The notes below the pieces were generated by a model. The model saw only the letters and a list, made by a program, of their open reading frames with translations. It did not search any database and had not been told where the DNA came from. This document shows positions 11,565 to 24,943 of a stretch of DNA of 35,795 nucleotides, one piece after another; position 1 is the first letter of the stretch; the number at the start of each line of letters is the position of its first letter. The stretch spans positions 1-35,795 of the forward strand of contig NW_021826274.1 of assembly GCF_006345805.1 (NCBI RefSeq). The letters are read 5' to 3'. The DNA is from Octopus sinensis (Eukaryota). Both the position numbers and the translations under genes were made by a program.

Positions 11565-12880
11565 TCTTATGATGTTCAGAAGATTATTTTTATCTAAAAC
11601 GTATGATTCACCTTTTCCATTTCTCTAAATTTCATTTTCACGAAATATAGGGTTGTAACTTCACCATTTTGTTTGTATGACTTTTGTATTGTATGGCGTC
11701 TTATTCTCTCTTGTAAGTGGTTCTGGTGTCAAACTAAACTATTGAACAATATATTAGGAGCATTGTCGTTTCGTTACTTCCACAGGCGAATAAGCTATTA
11801 TTTGCATGCCTTTCTCATTCTCTGCCTTTTATGTTATGTATGTATATGTGTACTTGTTTGTGCCTGAAGGTGTGTCTGAGTATATGTACGTCTTTGTGTA
11901 TGTACGTACGTGAGTATGTGTGGTCTAGTCTTTATTGATTGATGGCCACACAAAATATACTCCAGTTGCCACACAACTCCTATTGAAACAGACTGATTGT
12001 CGCCCTTTCTCTCTAAATAATGCTGCATTATTTGAAGGTACGTTTGGGATTGATGGATAGAACAAAAACTAATACTTTTGAAATTTTGATAAACCTCAAT
12101 ATCACTAGCTGCAAATAACCCTTCTTCGTTTATATAAATCTATCAACGGTAAAATCGCCATTTTGCCTTCTTAAATACTATCTGAAATCCCCGCTGGTGT
12201 ATCATTCTTTGTGTTTATAGTTTTATTGGTTCCTTTTCGTATACATAAATAGCGTTTCCTGCCGCATGTGACGTTCCCATCTATTTTCTTTTAAATTACC
12301 GCTTGTGTCTCGATCTAAGAAATGTTTTTGTTTTGCAGTTTTAGTAACTATATCCTGTAGACAATTGTCTACTGTTAGGTAGGTACTTCACAATGTATAT
12401 ATACACACTGGAAGCTTTAAAAGTGCCCTACATTAACAGTAACAACAGTAAGTTGTAGTATCAACATTAACTGAGGATGTAAAGAAATAAGCTGAATGTG
12501 TTTTATGTATAGAGGTGGGGTACGGAAATCGCAGTTGGGTGGCCTTCTGTTTACGATCAGTAAAATTCGGAAACACCTTTAACTGTTCGTACACAAAGTT
12601 TTCTTCATATTTCCGATTCCTTTAATTTTCATTTTGTTTATTTTTATTATTATTATTATTGTTGTTGTTGTTGTTGTTGCTGCTGCTGTTGTTATTGTTG
12701 TTATTACTATTGTTATTATCATTATTTTGTGAGAAATATAAAAAGCGTCTTAAGAATCAGCAAAAGAGATATGATAGTATGTGCATGATGGGTGTCGTTG
12801 TTACATCTCATTTGAAATTTTTAGACAAATGTGTTTGTGTGTGTGTGTGTGTATGCATGTATTACTTATTCTTTTATATG

Positions 12881-13000
<120 letters not shown>

Positions 13001-14587
13001 TGTTTCTTTATTAGCCACACAGGGCTGCACACAGACAGGACAAATTACAAGGTAGAGCTTTTCTTTTGGGGGTAAAAAAAGGGGGTTTGGTTTTCGATCA
13101 AAAGGGATTATAAAAGGAAAGAAAGAGGACAAAAAAGGGGGGGGGATAAAATAAAAAATAAAAATAAATGAATAAAAAAAAGAAGGGGGGTGGAATTGAT
13201 CAATAGGGATCGTTATCACAGAAATGTCAATATGAAGTGTAAAGGGGAGGACAGGTGAGGTTTACCCGTGGAAAGAAAAGCCTACAGAAAAGACCACGGT
13301 AACCTCGGTCAATGAAGTCACATGTTATATTTTTTGCAAATAAGCAATTCTCTGTATTAATTTTTACGGTTCATAGAATCATAGTCAAGGTGGCTTCGTC
13401 ATTCATACGTGCCATCCTTGCTACATTCACCCATCTTTTTTTAAAACATTCACTAGACAAAACTTGCCTCTCTACTCTCACTTTCCTCTTCAAGTGATAC
13501 TTGAAAACGTTGATGAGAGATTGACCAGAGAGGAAAGTGTTTGTCTCTAATCCTTTCAGGCGCGTCCACCAGATACATTCTTTCGCCATAGCCACAAGTA
13601 TGATAAAAATAGCTCTTCCTTCCCGTTTGAAGGAAGGAGGCGTGACGATATTAACGATAGACTCGGCTGATAAACCGACACGTCCCACACGTGACAGCAG
13701 TCGTTCGACATAAGCCCACAGGTCGGAAATTGCTGGACACTGCACGATTGCGTGCAGACGGTTTCGTCGCTCTGCCCGCATCTCGGGCAGGTCGGCCCCG
13801 TGTTTCTCGAGCCATGCCTATAGAGCTTATCCCGAACGGGTAGCGCTTCTCGGTAGCACCGCAAGGTCAGGGATCTCTGGAAGTTGTCCATAGGTCCCGG
13901 GCCGAAAGTCGTTTGAAACAGGCGGGTCAGGTATTCCTCGTCGACGCCCAGGTTTGCCCCGAGACCGTCGTCGTACCTCCCCTCCACTAATCCCCTATAG
14001 AATGCTTTGGTTGTGTTGAAGTCACTCAAGGTCGACCCGGGACGGCAGAGTTGCTTGAGAGCAACGCGACACTCGCGGTGCCATTCGCCCTTCCTCGGCC
14101 TCTTTTTAACCCACGACTGCAGTTCGGTTATGGAGACGAGTTGCGGGAATGCGTGCCTCACAAACGGCGACCACACCTGTTCACCGTCGTCTACATAGAG
14201 CCGGAGATGTCGCAGTCTCAGCGCGTGTCTGCGCATCATCAACCACGACATGCCCAGCCCTCCTTTTAACGAGTGTTGACAGCAAATGGATCGCCTGACC
14301 ATCGGGACGCATCCTTTCCACAAGAAGCGGAAGAGAATGCGTTCTAGTTTGGTGATGGTAGGGTCGGGACAAGGTACGACAGTCAGGCGGTAGTAGATGA
14401 TGGACGCGATGTACGTGTTCGCCACCTCCGCCCGACCTTTTAGGGACAGTTTCCTCTCGGCCCATTGCTGGGCGAGAGTGACCACCCTACTCGTTATCTC
14501 GTTCCAGTTCTTCTCTATTTGGAGATCCGGACCGAACCAGACCCCGAGCAACTCAACCGGGCCGTCTGTCCAGCGTCCCACGACGGA
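13001..14587 (-). mobile_element. 5'-truncated L1/Tx1-clade LINE inserted in (GATA)n
   Basis: GC- and CpG-rich island with ORF2 C-terminus, ~370-nt 3'UTR with T/C tracts, AATAAA a few nt before the 3' junction, and GATA repeats on both sides. Confidence 0.9.
13371..14581 (-). pseudogene. LINE ORF2 C-terminal part (end of RT, thumb, zf-RVT-type CCHC zinc finger); one frameshift near 13757
   Basis: [31 protein letters not shown] and KGGLG are L1/Tx1 motifs. CPRCGQSDETV (ORF 13556..14581) joins LHAIVQCP (ORF 13371..13781) to form the zinc knuckle. Confidence 0.9.
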
Positions 14588-14588
14588 G

Positions 14589-14962
<374 letters not shown>

Positions 14963-15563
14963 GCCTTGCTGTGAGAAAAAAAGAAGTTTAAAATACTCTT
15001 ATGCATTTTTGATACGCAGAATAAAAGAGAGTTCAGAAGTCTCCTGTATGACCGTTTCATTGTTAGTTGCCTACTCTGTAGGGAAGACCTGACCGGTTTC
15101 CTTTCCCAATGAATAGCATTGAATATTCAGCTAATATATATATAGTAGTCATAAATAAGGTTATTAAATTGATATTCAAATATACTTCAGTAATTATGAC
15201 ATGATTATATTACGTATGAAATATGCATTGTTTAATATGTACTTGGAGGTTATTCCAGAGAACTAATGCTTTTTGGATATAAAACTTGGCGTAGAGATAC
15301 ATACGAGGTCTGGAAAGGGGCTACAGTATGATGAGAGGAGGAGAAACGCGTGTCTCGAGTGAATTTGAGTGGAGATGATGTAAAACTACCCAGCCCCGAT
15401 CAGCGGAATTCACTGTAATAGCTGTCAAAAATATAGAGAAACTACTTTCAGCGCGTCAGTGGAGAAAAGGTTGTAGTGCGCTTGCGAACGATTCAATGCC
15501 AATCAGATAGTTAAACTCTGCGTGGACGTGCTTAAGGGTGTCAATATGTATGGGCAGCAACTT

Positions 15564-16481
15564 AAGGCAATGAGCTGGCAGAATCGTTAGCACGCCGGGC
15601 GAAATGGGTAACGGTATTTCGTCTGCCGTTACGTTATGAGTTCAAATTCCGCCGAGGTCGACTTTGCCTTTCATCCTTTCAGGGTGGATAAATTAAGTAC
15701 AAGTTACGCACTGGGGTCGATTACATCGACTTAACCCGTTTGTCTGTCCTTGTTTGTCCCCTCTGTGTTTAGCCCCTTGTGGGTAATAAAGAAATAGGTA
15801 TTTCGTCTGCCGTTACGTTATGAGTTCAAATTCCGCCGAGGTCGACTTTGCCTTTCATCCTTTCGGGGTGGATAAATTAAGTACGAGTTACGCACTGGGG
15901 TCGATGTAATCGACTTGACCCGTTTGTCTGTCCTTGTTTGTCCCCTCTGTGTTTAGCCCCTTGTGGGTAATAAAGAAATAGGTATTTCGTCTGCCGTTAC
16001 GTTATGAGTTCAAATTCCGCCGAGGTCGACTTTGCCTTTCATCCTTTCGGGGTGGATAAATTAAGTACAAGTTACGTACTGGGGTCGATGTAATCAACTT
16101 AACCCGTTTGGCTGTCCTTGTTTGTCCCCTATATGTTTAGCCCCTTGTGGGTAATAAAGAAATAGGTATTTCGTCTGCCGTTACGTTATGAGTTCAAATT
16201 CCGCCGAGGTCGACTTCGCGTTTCATCCCTTCGGGGTGGATAAATTAAGTACAAGTTACGCAGTGGGGTCAATGTAATCGACTTAATACCTATGTCTGTC
16301 CTTGTTTGTTCCCTCTGTGTTTAGCCCCTTGTGGGTAGTAAAGAAATAGGTATTTCGTCCGTATTTACGTACTAAGTTCAAATTCCGCTGCGGACGACTT
16401 TGTGTTTCATCATTTTGAGGTCGATAGAATAAGTACCAGTCGAGCGCTAATTTTGATGACCTTGCGCCAGAATTCGAAACC
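15564..16481 (+). mobile_element. SINE family B head, four tandem 184-bp units and a diverged fifth body
   Basis: GGTATTTCGTC recurs at 15613, 15797, 15981, 16165 and 16349 (period exactly 184). Confidence 0.95.
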
Positions 16482-16493
16482 TATATGTAGAGT

Positions 16494-16529
16494 CCCGGCG
16501 TGCTAACGATTCTGCCAGCTCACTGCCTT
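16494..16529 (-). repeat. Inverted copy of the SINE B head (15564-15599)
   Basis: 35/36 match to the reverse complement of AAGGCAATGAGCTGGCAGAATCGTTAGCACGCCGGG. Confidence 0.9.
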
Positions 16530-17484
16530 GTCTCAATTGAAAATTAAAGTTATTGGGTAAACGTAATCCAGCCTTAGTCGTGGAGTCTTTTAATCTAAAG
16601 TGTTCCGGTAGATAATCATCTAATCTTATTTAAAGAGACATAATATATCTAGGATTGTAATATCCAGTGTATCTTTGAACAGTTTAGACAGTAAAGTGTG
16701 ATTTGGGAGATAGTTTGCTGATCTTTTAAACTGATCCAGTGATTGCATAACGAAACAGTTGGCTTATAAGTAATTATTGAAAATGTTCGATATTTGCTCA
16801 TCTGTCAGTTACAATGTATGGTGGCATATAGGTATCAAAATATCATCCAGGTTCATATGTGCAAAGTTGTGTCTGTATTACCTGGATTAATGTTCTAAAA
16901 ACCTTTCTTTTTTCTTGGTTTTGAGTTACTGAAATTAGATCATGTCTTAATACTCGTGCGTCTTTTACGCCATCAAATACGGTAATTAATATTTGTAAGA
17001 ATGCATGCAGTATATTTCACTCAAAGAAATTCTCTAGAAGGTTTGATATTGTGCAACGCCAAATGTAGTCTAAGTGTAGCTTTAGGTCTTTAATCTCATT
17101 TTCTGAAGCAAAATTACATCGATTCTACTGACTGGTTTTGGAACAAAGAAGCTGTTTAACAATTCATATGAACAAAGAATTAAGGCATTCTTACAATAAC
17201 CATATGGATAGATCTGTTTGGTCTTAACTAAGCAAAATCAGACGTACAACTACGCACACACACACACACACACACACCACACACACACACACACACAACA
17301 GCAACAACAACAATAACACACACGTAGAATCGTACGCAGGTGGACACATACGTATTTTCTTCATTTTTTAAATTTACGTTCACTGAAATGAAAGGCAGTC
17401 ACTCACAGAGTGGAAATGCTTTGTTGTTAGTGTCAAGGAAGTTCCAAGGGTTTGTGAGTACATGTTTAATTCTAAGTAGGCACT

Positions 17485-17555
17485 GGCATGCTTGGCCTAG
17501 TGTTTAGAGTACCGACCACACGACCGTAAACTCGTGGATTCAAATCCTGGTTCGG
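17485..17555 (+). mobile_element. Isolated tRNA-like SINE head
   Basis: A-box TGGCCTAGTG and B-box GGATTCAAATCC at tRNA spacing; no clean cloverleaf. Confidence 0.6.
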
Positions 17556-17995
17556 ATCGCGCTATTTCAATTTCGCACACATCCTCAATGTGCCGCTGAG
17601 TCAAGAGTGGAATATTATAGAGGATATTAATATCCGTATATACATAGGTGACTGAAATATTTACAGAAAGCTCAAACTCATGTTCGCTCGAGAGTGACGG
17701 CTATGCATACATAGATGCTTGTGTGGATATACTAATACATATGCAATTGATGTACATGTTTTTTTCAGGAAACAGATGTGTGTGTGTGCGCGCGCGCATG
17801 TATGTGTGTGATTATTTTTTATGCCTGTATGTAAATGTGTATCTTATATGTATGTGTTATTGTTTGTACGCCCTCATTTCCGGAAACCAAACAGAGATTC
17901 TTTAGAATGGTTTACAAATCTTCACTATACCACAGATAAATCTAGGGATGTCTATTTGTAACAAAGTATGTGTTTATATTTATGTGAACGAGCAA

Positions 17996-18210
17996 GGTAG
18001 CGAGGTGGCAAAATCGTTAGCACGTCCGACAAGATGCATAGCAGCATTTCGTCCATCATTACGTTCTGAGATCAAATCCTGCTGACGTCGACTACGCATT
18101 TTGTCCTTTGAAGATCAAATAAAAAAAAAAACGACAGTTGAGCGCTGGGGCCAATGAAACCATCTAGCCCCTTAACCCTGAAATTTCAGGCCTTGTGCCT
18201 ACAATGAAAA
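17996..18210 (+). mobile_element. SINE family B, diverged
   Basis: Head GCGAGGTGGCAAAATCGTTAGCACG; tail TTTCAGGCCTTGTGCCTA shared with 20166-20380. Confidence 0.8.
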
Positions 18211-18699
18211 TGATATGTATGTATGTATGTATGCATGGATGTATGTGCATCCGTACGTATGTAGGTATCTATGAATTTATGTACGTACGTTTTTTATGTG
18301 CGTAAATATGCGTGTACGTGTGTGTGTGTATGTAAGTATTTATATAAGACAATGAAGATAAATAGCAACACATAATAGGAAACGGTTTTTAGAAGTTTAA
18401 TCTACGCTAACAACGTATAAAACCGTTGTTTTATTCCCTGCTGCCACAAGCATCATGTTTGGCAAGGGGAATTAACAAAGTACTCTTGACTCCTTCGTAG
18501 CGTTTGGCTTACATTAAGGAAGCTTTTACGACCCATGGCAACGTGTAGGTGGCACTGTTGTAGCTTTTATAGTTAAGCTGTTTACAAAAGATTGCAATAT
18601 TTATATTTCATTTTCCCGAGCTGTTTTATGCCATTTTTAGATAAATACCTAATGATGTGTTTTTTATATGTACATGTATGCATTATACATACATGCATA

Positions 18700-18728
18700 C
18701 ATATATACAAGCATATATATATATATAA

Positions 18729-18802
<74 letters not shown>

Positions 18803-18850
18803 ATATATGTATGTATGTATGTATATATATATATAATATATATATATATA
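18700..18850. repeat. (TA)n/(TATG)n microsatellite
   Basis: Directly visible. Confidence 0.95.
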
Positions 18851-19369
18851 CATTCTTGCGAATGTATTTTCCATTACTTAGGTATGGTTTTCGTTCCGCT
18901 TTAAAAAGCACCCATTACAATAATGGTGTCCGAAATAATAATAAAAAAATCTTATAGGCTTAATACATAAAAATGGAGTTTGCTTTTCAACACCGCTAAG
19001 CGAGTATTGAATATTATCTCGTTACGTTATAAAGCCGTATTACTTATTACTAAAGAATAACTGTCATATTTGTCTCTTCGGAACAGTGTTACCTGCAGTT
19101 AGATTATTAGAGTTCCAGAAGATTTTAATCAAACACAGAGTAAATGTTTTACAGCGAAATGCACAAACAGAACAAATGGCGTATATAAACTTATAACATG
19201 GAGCCATGTTGTATTGCTTATATGTTGTATGTTATATTGTTGGTTTTGTTAGAAGGATATTTATAAGCGTGTTTATAAATATGTCTGTTGAGAAACACGA
19301 ATGTTACAGAGTGATCTGATGCGCATATATTATTCAAAGACACTCATACACTCGGGCACGCATGCATAA

Positions 19370-19427
19370 ATACACACACTCACACACACATACACACATT
19401 ATATATCGACAGTGTTATATACACATC

Positions 19428-19462
<35 letters not shown>

Positions 19463-19630
19463 CGCGCGCACATACAAATACATATTTGTGTGTGTGTGCG
19501 TGTACGAACAACTCTCGCTTCTCCTCATTGAGTATTGTTGGAAACTTGCCGCCGATACCTTTCTACACACGTGCGGGTGCACACACACACATACATATAC
19601 ATAGACACACACATAAACATAAACGTATGA

Positions 19631-19688
<58 letters not shown>

Positions 19689-19725
19689 GTGTGTTTGTGT
19701 GTGTTTGTGTGTGTGTGTATGTATG
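19370..19725. repeat. Compound CA/TA/GT microsatellite region
   Basis: Directly visible. Confidence 0.9.
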
Positions 19726-20165
19726 CTTAGTCTGTATGTGCCCATTACTCGTGGCTTCTCAACTTAGGTGACTGAGGTTCGAGAATATGAATAAATACTA
19801 TTCCGGTCTACCTAACAATATTGAGTACTTTTTCCTCTTAACTGGATTTCACATCAGCATAACGCTACCACTCTAAACAATATATTTCGCACGTTACGGC
19901 ATGAAACATTCCGAGAAGACCCCTTTGTTATGTCATTCTTCTTTCTCTTCTTCTGCTTCTTCTTATACATCCACTCAAAATTGCTGGCCATGCGCCAAAC
20001 TTTGAAATCATTATTATTATTACTGTCATTATTTAGCATACCGGATAAAACTGCTTAGTGGCATTACTTCTGGCTCTTTATACTTTGGGTTCAAATTTCA
20101 CTGATGGCAATTTGTTATTGATATGATTATTATTGTTATCATATCGTTATTTTTGTTGTTATTGA

Positions 20166-20380
20166 GGACGGCGAGCTGGCAGAATCGTTAGCACGCTGGA
20201 CAAAATACTTAGTGGTATTTCGCCAATCGGTACGTTCTGAGTTCAAATTCCGCCGAGGTCGACTTTGCCTTTCAACCTTTAGGGGTCGATAAATTAAGTA
20301 CCAGTGAAACACTGGGGTCAATGTTATCAACTAGTCCCCTCTCCCAAATTTCAGGCCTTGTGCCTATACTAGAAAGGATT
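20166..20380 (+). mobile_element. Full-length SINE family B
   Basis: CGGCGAGCTGGCAGAATCGTTAGCACG...GAGTTCAAATTCCGCCGAGGTCGACTTTGCCTTTCA...GGGGTCGATAAATTAAGTACC. Confidence 0.9.
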
Positions 20381-20429
20381 AATAACATTTATACTCATCC
20401 TCGTCTTCTGCCTCATCTTCTCTTCGTCA

Positions 20430-21100
20430 TCATTTTCTTCTTCTTTTCCTTCGGCTTATATTCATAGGCAATCACGGATCTACCAACCTTGTCCTGACCT
20501 ACACATTTTTTAGCACATTTTTCGGTCGGTCTTTCTGTTGCCTTTTAGTAAAGACATCGAGTATCTACCCCTTCTATATCTCTCCTCTCTCTTTTCTATC
20601 TCACTCCTTCTCACTCTCCGTTTTTCTCTCACTCTCTCTCTATGTATCTATCTCTAACTTCCCCGACCTCATCTTTTTAATTGCTCAGCTGTCACTAAGT
20701 TCTCTTAGCTTGCTCTATCACATGTGATGTTCAATTAACTTAGTTCGTTGCTTCTTTACGGCCTTATAAGGTTTTCTTGTGGTTTCCGTTATCTAAATAC
20801 TTCAACGTCTTTTTACTCAATCTACATCATGTTCTTTCAACGTTGGTTTAACTAACCACATCTCTGTAGCATTGATAAGATGTTGCACTTGTTTATTGTT
20901 GCTCCAGGTCACACAGGCATATATAAGGATAGGCTGTGCGAATGTCCCTCTAGGAATCTTTATTTTATTCTTATTGATAGCAGTTCGTTTGACAATATAT
21001 GTTTGATCTCACCGAAAGCGCCCTTAGGTTCTTCCGTCCTTTACATCCATTCTTTGATGTTTTCCTCATCTAATACAAATATGGCTTCCAAATCGTCTTT
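20430..21100 (-). pseudogene. Old RTE-clade LINE 3' fragment (post-RT C-terminal domain), many stops and frameshifts
   Basis: Minus-strand manual translation: KGAFGEIKHILSNELLSIRIK*R ... QPILIYACVTWSNNKQ...INATEMW, resembling the RTE motif PILLYGCExW...LEAxEMW; (AAG)n-like tail near 20430. Not captured by the ORF track. Confidence 0.7.
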
Positions 21101-21750
21101 TTTTTCTTTTCTTATATTGTTTCTTTAATTTGTACTTTGTCTTATAATGACAACAATGATTTAACACAACCCTCCGTTAAATAACATACAGAAAATTTCT
21201 TCAGGACATTGTGCAAAAGGAGATAATTATATGTGGTCCTTCGTGTACTATGATATAACAGCCAAAATTTTCCTCAAATCGCGTACAGCCCTTTAAAAAA
21301 ATGGAGGAACGCATATTAGAAGAACAATGTAGTAGATATTCTATACGCACAATAAAATAGAATTGTCACGACTTGATGTATTTGATCTTAAGTGTCTCTC
21401 ATCTGAGTTGAAATGGTGTTAAACAACATCAGCCAACGTACCATTGAAGAAACCTCATTAAAGTCCCTTGACCTGCTAGAAATAACCACAAAATAGCCGC
21501 CAAAATCACAGCTTTGCCTTCTGGAATGATGGATACAGTAAATAATGTAGTTCTAGATATGAATTGTCTTTTAAGAAAGGACACAATGGTCACGGTTGGA
21601 ATATATTTGATCAAACCTCACTTCAATAAAATCTATTTTAGCCCTAAATAACAGGAATGACTATTAAATATTTGGTCGTTGTTGTTTAGCACTCCGCTAG
21701 GTTTGAGTGAATGAACGTCTGATCAATTGCATCTCACTTGAAATTATCCT

Positions 21751-22070
21751 CGCATGGCTTAGTGGTTAGGTCATTCGGTTCACGCTCGTAGGTTCGTGAG
21801 TTCGATTTCCGGCTACACGTTGTGTCCTTGAGCAGGACACTTTATTTCACGTTGCTCCAGTTCACTCAGCTGATAAAATTGAGCATTAACTTTATTTCAA
21901 AGCGCCAGTCTTGTCACAGTCTGTGTCACGCTGAATCCCTCAGAGAACTACGTTAAGGATACTTGTCTCTGTGGATTGCTCAGCGACTTGCACTTTATTT
22001 TCCCGAACACATTGTTCCGTTGAGCGGATCAGCTGGAATGGAACCCTCGTCGTCGTAACCGATGGAGTGC
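21751..22070 (+). mobile_element. tRNA-derived SINE, family C head with a different 3' body
   Basis: A-box TGGCTTAGTGG, B-box GAGTTCGATTTCC, CORE-like TGTGTCCTTGAGCAGGACACTT. Confidence 0.85.
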
Positions 22071-22215
22071 GAGATGTTTTCAGATAAAGTATATGTAGGA
22101 CTCCAATCTGTTCTTTTGTTCTAAGTAAGTTGTGCGACTTTCTGTTTTTGACCAATTAGAACTAGTTATCTCGTCATTTTAGGAACAGATAATATGACAC
22201 ATGTGCGTGAGTGAG

Positions 22216-22216
<1 letters not shown>

Positions 22217-22259
<43 letters not shown>

Positions 22260-22315
22260 GTGTGTGTGTGTGTGCGTGCGTGCATGTGCGTGCTTGTGTT
22301 TGTGTTTGTGTGTGT
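22217..22315. repeat. (GT)n microsatellite
   Basis: Directly visible. Confidence 0.95.
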
Positions 22316-22398
22316 AAAACTACATCACATATTGCAATATACCTTTTTTTTAGGGAGTAGGAATCGGTTTGAAAGAGATTTAATTATAATGTATGTAT

Positions 22399-22608
22399 AT
22401 CCGAGGGGTGGGGCCTGAAAAATTCCAGGCTTTGAGTAAAAGAAAATACACTTAATTATGATTTTATTCAACGTATTCTCCGCTCAGATTCACACACTTA
22501 TTGTAGTGGTCCTTCAGTTTTTCTGTAAAAGACCTCAGAAGGTTGGGCCTCCAACCAGGTCTTTTGCAATACTCTTAAAGTCAGAAACTTTTCAGCATCA
22601 ACCTCGTA
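22399..22608 (+). mobile_element. Tc1/mariner-type MITE (~210 bp) with ~30-bp imperfect TIRs
   Basis: Left CGAGGGGTGGGGCCTGAAAAATTCCAGGCTTT, right AAAGTCAGAAACTTTTCAGCATCAACCTCGTA; TA context; CGAGGG termini are typical of mariner. Confidence 0.75.
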
Positions 22609-22913
22609 TATGACATGTTTGTGCATTTATACAGACTAATATATTATATCGCCTCCCTGAACAGAAATCCAAATATTTGTCAATGATTCCTATCACTCAC
22701 GCGTTTCAACAACTTGCTACCGTTCACAGTCGCCCACTACATATTCATAAACCTAAAATGTCAACAGTAAAGTCCTTACAGGGAAGAGCTTCTGAATTGT
22801 TGTCTCTCAGGGAGGAATCCATCTAATAAAAAAAATGATTATTTAATAAGGTACATATTAGTCAATAATGAATATATACAATTTCCAGACCGAGCGGAGC
22901 GTTGTGTTTTAAC

Positions 22914-22953
22914 GGCGGTGCATCAGCATGGCCGCAGCTCTGAGGTGAAACTA
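22914..22953 (+). mobile_element. Isolated retroposon 3' tail related to the SINE A tail
   Basis: GGCGGTGCATCAGCATGGCCGCAGCTCTGAGGTGAAACTA. Confidence 0.65.
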
Positions 22954-23399
22954 CAGAAGAAGAAGAACTTAGTAAACCAAACGATGGAACAATACAGACG
23001 AAAATTAAACACTATACACGCAATACATTACAACATGCATCAATGAAGCAGCACATAAATGGTATTAATCGAATCAAATGTTCATTGGGTATATTATTAT
23101 GGAAAAAATACTAAAAAAACTTATGACAATACCCATTGCACACAATAATAGAATGGTATTAATATCTTGCAAAAAACGCTAAAATTGGAATCTAAGCATC
23201 AACTATAAGCGATAATCTACTAGATATATTTCAGGTGAGTTAACTTCGTGTACACTGGTCAATCATGCTATTAAATGGAACCATTGGAACATGAGGTAGT
23301 ATAATACGAAAGTAAATAGAAGCCATAGAAACATATTAGTTTATAACAACCGTTCTCTAAAAGAAGTGTAAAAAAAAATACTGAAGCTTTATTAATAGC

Positions 23400-23600
23400 T
23401 GGAAGAGTTGTTAGAGAATCGGATCGAATCGCCAGTGACATTTCTTCCGGATTTTTACGTTCCGAGTTCAAACACCACTGATGTCGAGTTTGTCTTCCAT
23501 TCTTTCAAGGCCGATAACATAAAACGCCAGTCACATATTGGGTGGATGTAATCGATTAACCCCCTTGCATAAAAACTGCTGGCCTTGATCTGAAAATTGT
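23400..23600 (+). mobile_element. Old SINE family B copy
   Basis: TTACGTTCCGAGTTCAAA...GATGTAATCGATTAACCC...CTGCTGGCCTTG. Confidence 0.65.
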
Positions 23601-24747
23601 AAATGATTTATTCATAGAGAGGGCAATTGGAAGGGGTGAGGGTAGGTGATCTTTCGATCAAACTAAGAAGACCATGTTACCATTATTTTTTCCAAAGATG
23701 TTTGCTGTTTTCAATGATGGGGTGGAATTTGAACTCGGATTATTCACGACCAGAAAATATAACTACAAAACAACCCTTCCGACGCTCTAAAAATTCCACT
23801 TTTCCAGTACTCTCCTTAATCCATCTCGAAAAGATGTTTATATATATACATATATATATATATTATGCAAGGACAATAAACATCATAAAGAATGATACAG
23901 AAAGAACATAGTTTGGTAAACATACTATTTCAACTTTTAAGAAGATTAAATGAGAGTCATGACGATTCAGAAGTTTGTCATTCATCAGAAAGTAGAAGGA
24001 AGACGGGAAGCATAAGGCGACAGCAAGACAAAAAGAAACAGGCTGCCGGCTTTGCTGCTCTACTTGAACTAAACATCCACCTTCCCCTCCACTATCCATA
24101 CTTTACTCCAAACTTACATACACACTAAAATAGATCTTGTGCTGATGTTAGTAATAATTATTAGAATGTGTCGTAACAAATAAAAGAGAAAAGAAATGAG
24201 TAAAATAATACCGTAGTTTGACACACGATAAGACGTTACGAACTATATCTTTCATTAGAGTCAAGGCTGTGAGGTCATAGTCACTCCACATAACAAAATC
24301 GTTTGAACTAATCAATGAAATAATTAAGTGACCTTCAGAGTGTGGTGGCGGGTATCTGGTGTGATGTGCGTTGCCTAGGATTACGGCAGATCAATGTCAG
24401 ATAACATCTGGAGAAAAATATGCGAACCTCGTCTGATTCTAGGGTCATTAGTTAATTGAACGAAATTAAGCGAGACTATCTGGGGAAAGATCTTTTTCAA
24501 TTTGCCTGGCAGCTATGGGGTTTTGACACAGGTTTACAGATATATGTTATAAATCTAACTGAATACAAAATATAATCACAAAATGAACTGCTTAAAGCCA
24601 GTGGTTATTCCTAATCTTTTTTTCCGTCAAGCTAAAAAAAATTATTATATAACGCATTACAAATATTAGCTTGCAAAAATTTTAACCGTATGAATATATG
24701 CATTTAAGCATACAAGCTTTCACATATATGAATATATAGATATACAT

Positions 24748-24789
<42 letters not shown>

Positions 24790-24909
24790 TGTTTACTTTC
24801 AGTAGTGAGGGTTTCCTCCCTCCATAATTAGAAGGGGTCATAGGCCAACAGGTTTTGTGGTCTGACGATACACCATAAAGCCAAACCCTTATGGACAGGA
24901 AACCTAAGG

Positions 24910-24943
<34 letters not shown>

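Noticed and set aside
12027-12165. AAAATGGCG (YY1/Kozak-like) starting a 44-codon minus-strand ORF
   Set aside because: The peptide is unrecognisable and no convincing splice donor follows.
12357-12372. 16-bp palindrome GTAGACAATTGTCTAC within a possible AG...GT exon
   Set aside because: Isolated, with no supporting context.
15301-15540. TACGAGGTCTG, a mariner-like start
   Set aside because: No matching right TIR or transposase trace found.
15613-16348. Regular array as a possible CRISPR
   Set aside because: Whole 184-bp units repeat with no unique spacers, there are no cas genes, and the unit is SINE sequence found dispersed elsewhere in the window.
21255-21615. Two faintly similar segments, with a possible inverted relative at ~16575-16745
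   Set aside because: Probably an old repeat family, but too diverged to delimit or classify by eye.
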